Positions 61,490 to 64,000 of a stretch of DNA of 64,000 bases are shown here, piece by piece. The position numbers were made by a program, and so were the translations under genes. Position 1 is the first letter of the stretch. Each line of letters opens with the position of its first letter. This DNA is from Pelagibacteraceae bacterium. Lineage in GTDB: Bacteria > Pseudomonadota > Alphaproteobacteria > Pelagibacterales > Pelagibacteraceae. The notes under the pieces were generated by a model. That model was not told the DNA's origin. It ran no database searches and saw only the letters and a program-made list of their open reading frames with translations. Location: NCBI GenBank assembly GCA_038146245.1, contig JAYQRG010000003.1, positions 741 through 64,740 on the forward strand. The letters run 5' to 3'.

Positions 61490-63167
61490 CACTCTTTTGA
61501 ATAATCAGGATAGTCAAATTTTATTTTGTCCCTTAGGAGGTTCTGGTGAAATAGGAGCCAATATGAATCTATATGGTTTCAAAAAAAATCATCTGGAAGA
61601 GTGGATAATTGTAGATATGGGCGTTTCTTTTACAGATGACTCAATACCAGGAATTGATCTTATTGTCCCGGACCCAGATTTTATTGTACAAAAGAAAAAA
61701 AAACTTAAAGCTTTAATAATCACACATGGCCACGAGGATCATATAGGAGCAATTACTTTTTTGTGGCCCCTTTTAAAATGTCCTATTTACGCAACAGCAT
61801 TTACAGCATCATTAATAAACGAAAAATTTAAAGAAAAAAAAATTAATATTGATGAATTTTTAAATATAGTTCCAAATGATGGAATTGTTAAGCTAGACTC
61901 AATAAAAATAAATTTTATTTCGCTTACTCACTCTATATTAGAGCCAAACGCTCTACTAATCGAGTTTAATGATAAAAAAATATTTCACACTGGAGATTGG
62001 AAATGTGATCTAAATCCAGTTATCGGAAAAAAAATAGATGAGGAAAAATTAAAAAAAATTGGAAAACAAAATATTTTGGCAATGATTTGCGACTCAACTA
62101 ATATTTTTTCCGAAGGAAGATCTGGTTCAGAAAAAGATGTAAAAAATAGTTTATTAAATATATTTGAGTTGCAAAAAAATAGAATAATCATCTCGATTTT
62201 TGCTTCTAACGCAGCAAGAATGCAAACAATTATTCAGTGTGCTGAAAAAGTAAACAGGCAAGTTTCTCTGGTTGGTCGATCAATGAATAGAATTTATAAT
62301 ATTGCAAAAAAGTGCGGATATTTGCAAAATTTAAAACCCGTTATCGATCCAAGAGACTCTAAAAAAATACCAAAAAATAAAATTGTATACTTATGTACTG
62401 GAAGCCAGGGAGAACCCATGGGAGCTATGTCACGGATTGCAAATGAAACTCACCCTGACGTTTATGCTGAAGCAGATGATACTGTTATTTTTTCATCAAG
62501 AATTATACCAGGTAATGAAAAAAAATTATTTAAATTACATAATTTGCTTGTGAGAAAAAAAGTGAATGTGATATCAGAAGACAATTCATTCGTTCATGTC
62601 TCAGGACATCCTGGAAGGGAAGAGTTAAAAGATATGTATAGTTGGATTAATCCTAAAATTTCAATTCCTGTACATGGTGAACACAGACATCTGAAAGAAC
62701 ACTATGAATTTGCAAAAAACCTTAAAGTTCAATTTCCAATGTTGATAGAAAATGGGGACATTATTGAATTATCAGATAATGAACCAAACATTATCGATAA
62801 GGCAACTAATGGAAAACTATTGGTTGATGGTAATCAATTAATTAATGAAGAGTCGCAATTTCTCAAAGATAGAAAAAATATATCTTTTAACGGTTTTTTG
62901 TCTGTCAATTTGATTGTTTCACGATCTGGTCATTTAGATAAAAATCCCATTATTGATATTAAAGGCCTTCCATTAAATGATGATGATACCGAAGAAATAA
63001 AATTTGAATTAGAAGATCAAATTAGACATGTTTGTAAAAGTTTTTCTTTAAATAATAAAAAACAAGAAAAAAACTTTATAGATGCTCTAAAAGGTAATTT
63101 AAAAAAAATTATGTTTAATAAAATTCAAAAAAAACCCTATACAAATATAAACTTAATAAAAATTTAA
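61476..63167 (+). CDS. rnj: ribonuclease J (metallo-beta-lactamase/beta-CASP RNase)
   Basis: 563 aa. ITHGHEDHIGA, HTGDWK, CDSTN, HVSGHPGREEL, PVHGEHRH. Confidence 0.9.
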   Translation: MKKNNTLLNNQDSQILFCPLGGSGEIGANMNLYGFKKNHLEEWIIVDMGVSFTDDSIPGIDLIVPDPDFIVQKKKKLKALIITHGHEDHIGAITFLWPLLKCPIYATAFTASLINEKFKEKKINIDEFLNIVPNDGIVKLDSIKINFISLTHSILEPNALLIEFNDKKIFHTGDWKCDLNPVIGKKIDEEKLKKIGKQNILAMICDSTNIFSEGRSGSEKDVKNSLLNIFELQKNRIIISIFASNAARMQTIIQCAEKVNRQVSLVGRSMNRIYNIAKKCGYLQNLKPVIDPRDSKKIPKNKIVYLCTGSQGEPMGAMSRIANETHPDVYAEADDTVIFSSRIIPGNEKKLFKLHNLLVRKKVNVISEDNSFVHVSGHPGREELKDMYSWINPKISIPVHGEHRHLKEHYEFAKNLKVQFPMLIENGDIIELSDNEPNIIDKATNGKLLVDGNQLINEESQFLKDRKNISFNGFLSVNLIVSRSGHLDKNPIIDIKGLPLNDDDTEEIKFELEDQIRHVCKSFSLNNKKQEKNFIDALKGNLKKIMFNKIQKKPYTNINLIKI

Positions 63168-63421
63168 TGACAATAACTGGTGCAATTATAATTTACATAG
63201 TGTTGTGGTGGGTTATTTTATTTACAATTTTACCTTTAAAAATTAAATCTCAACTAGAGGAAAATAACATTTATAAAGGAAGCGAACCAGGAGCTCCTTC
63301 AAATCCAAATTTAAAATATAAACTGTATTTAACAACATTATTAACAACAGTTTTATTTGCACTTATTTATATAATAAATTATCTTGAAATATTTGATATA
63401 AGAGACTTTTTCATAAAATGA
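63167..63421 (+). CDS. DUF1467-like small membrane protein
   Basis: 84 aa, 2 TM ([18 protein letters not shown]...), central [10 protein letters not shown]. Conserved position after the nuo/birA/coaX/rnj block in alphaproteobacteria. Confidence 0.6.
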   Translation: MTITGAIIIYIVLWWVILFTILPLKIKSQLEENNIYKGSEPGAPSNPNLKYKLYLTTLLTTVLFALIYIINYLEIFDIRDFFIK

Positions 63422-64000
63422 AGCTATCAGAATTTTTTTTACCTTTAATTAAAGAGGTACCCTCAGAAGCTAAAATTAAATCTCATCAGTTGATGTTAAG
63501 GTCAGGAATGATAAGACAATCAACATCTGGTATTTATTCTTGGTTACCTTATGGTTTTAAAATATTAAAAAAAATCGAAAAAATTGTTAGGGAAGAGCAA
63601 GATAGAGCAGGAGCTCAAGAGTTGTTAATGCCAACAATCCAGTCTAGTGACATTTGGAAAGAAAGTGGAAGGTATGATGGTTATGGTGAAGAAATGTTGA
63701 GAATTGTAGACCGTCAAAAAAGAGAACTTTTATATGGACCTACCAATGAAGAATTAATTACTCAGATATTTAGAGATAATGTTAAATCTTATAAGTCTCT
63801 ACCGTTAATGCTGTATCATATTCAGTGGAAATTTAGGGATGAAATAAGACCAAGATTTGGCGTAATGAGATGTAGAGAATTTCTTATGAAAGATACATAT
63901 TCTTTTGACGCAACAGAAGATGATGCAAAAAATTCATACAAAAAGATGTTTCTAGCTTATTTAAAAACATTCGAAAAAATAGGTTTAAAAGCAATCCCTA
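63418..64000 (+). CDS. proS: proline--tRNA ligase, N-terminal fragment (runs off right edge)
   Basis: [46 protein letters not shown]... and class II motif context [20 protein letters not shown] overlap with the preceding gene. Confidence 0.93.
   Translation, partial: MKLSEFFLPLIKEVPSEAKIKSHQLMLRSGMIRQSTSGIYSWLPYGFKILKKIEKIVREEQDRAGAQELLMPTIQSSDIWKESGRYDGYGEEMLRIVDRQKRELLYGPTNEELITQIFRDNVKSYKSLPLMLYHIQWKFRDEIRPRFGVMRCREFLMKDTYSFDATEDDAKNSYKKMFLAYLKTFEKIGLKAIP

Noticed and set aside
1-64000. Looked for CRISPR arrays, tandem or dispersed repeats, IS elements, integrases, phage genes, toxin-antitoxin pairs, restriction-modification or other defence genes, and rRNA.
   Set aside because: None seen. 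Every ORF over 100 aa is accounted for by housekeeping families or small conserved hypotheticals. The total non-coding DNA is only on the order of 1 kb, split into spacers of 135 nt or less. The window looks like core chromosome rather than an accessory island.

Overview
Very AT-rich (about 30% GC by eye, not computed) and extremely gene-dense chromosomal window with alphaproteobacterial gene order. The base composition, K/N/I-rich proteins, near-zero intergenic spacers and synteny (purL-bolA-grxD; NDUFA12-like + DUF2155-like; tyrS<>anmK; nuoA-N-birA-coaX-rnj-DUF1467-proS) fit a streamlined marine SAR11/Pelagibacterales-type genome; that taxonomic call is inference. I annotate 71 protein-coding genes (2 partial at the edges) and 2 tRNAs. 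Contents: purine synthesis (purN/purM; purB-C-S-Q-L), replication control (hdaA), RNA turnover (rnd, rne, rnj), aaRS genes (aspS, tyrS, proS), aroQ-accB-accC, thiS-thiG, cell wall (mrcA, anmK), prfB, a full suf Fe-S operon (sufBCDS-sufU-sufT-sufA) plus a separate sufE/NifU-like pair, grxD-bolA, a general amino-acid ABC transporter (aapJQMP/yhdWXYZ type) and the complete 14-gene nuo operon. I see no rRNA, CRISPR, transposase/integrase, prophage, toxin-antitoxin or recognisable defence genes. This is core DNA, and I do not see a convincing novel multi-gene system. Most worth a second look: (1) a prfB +1 programmed frameshift that the ORF track misses; (2) a stand-alone, cysteine-less homologue of the class II ribonucleotide reductase C-terminal (TSCPD-type) domain; (3) a convergent pair of MJ0042-type zinc-ribbon proteins, one membrane-anchored and ZitP-like, co-operonic with a small K/E/P-rich protein; (4) two SufS sulfur acceptors (SufU and SufE) plus a second, divergent SufU-like protein; (5) a 174-aa minimal BirA; (6) RNase E with a large acidic insert and almost no scaffold tail; (7) architecture extremes, namely overlapping convergent stops, overlapping divergent starts, one clear intrinsic-terminator hairpin (after aapJ) and a 19-nt perfect palindrome in the tyrS/anmK spacer. 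All functional calls come from motif and family recognition by eye; no searches were run.
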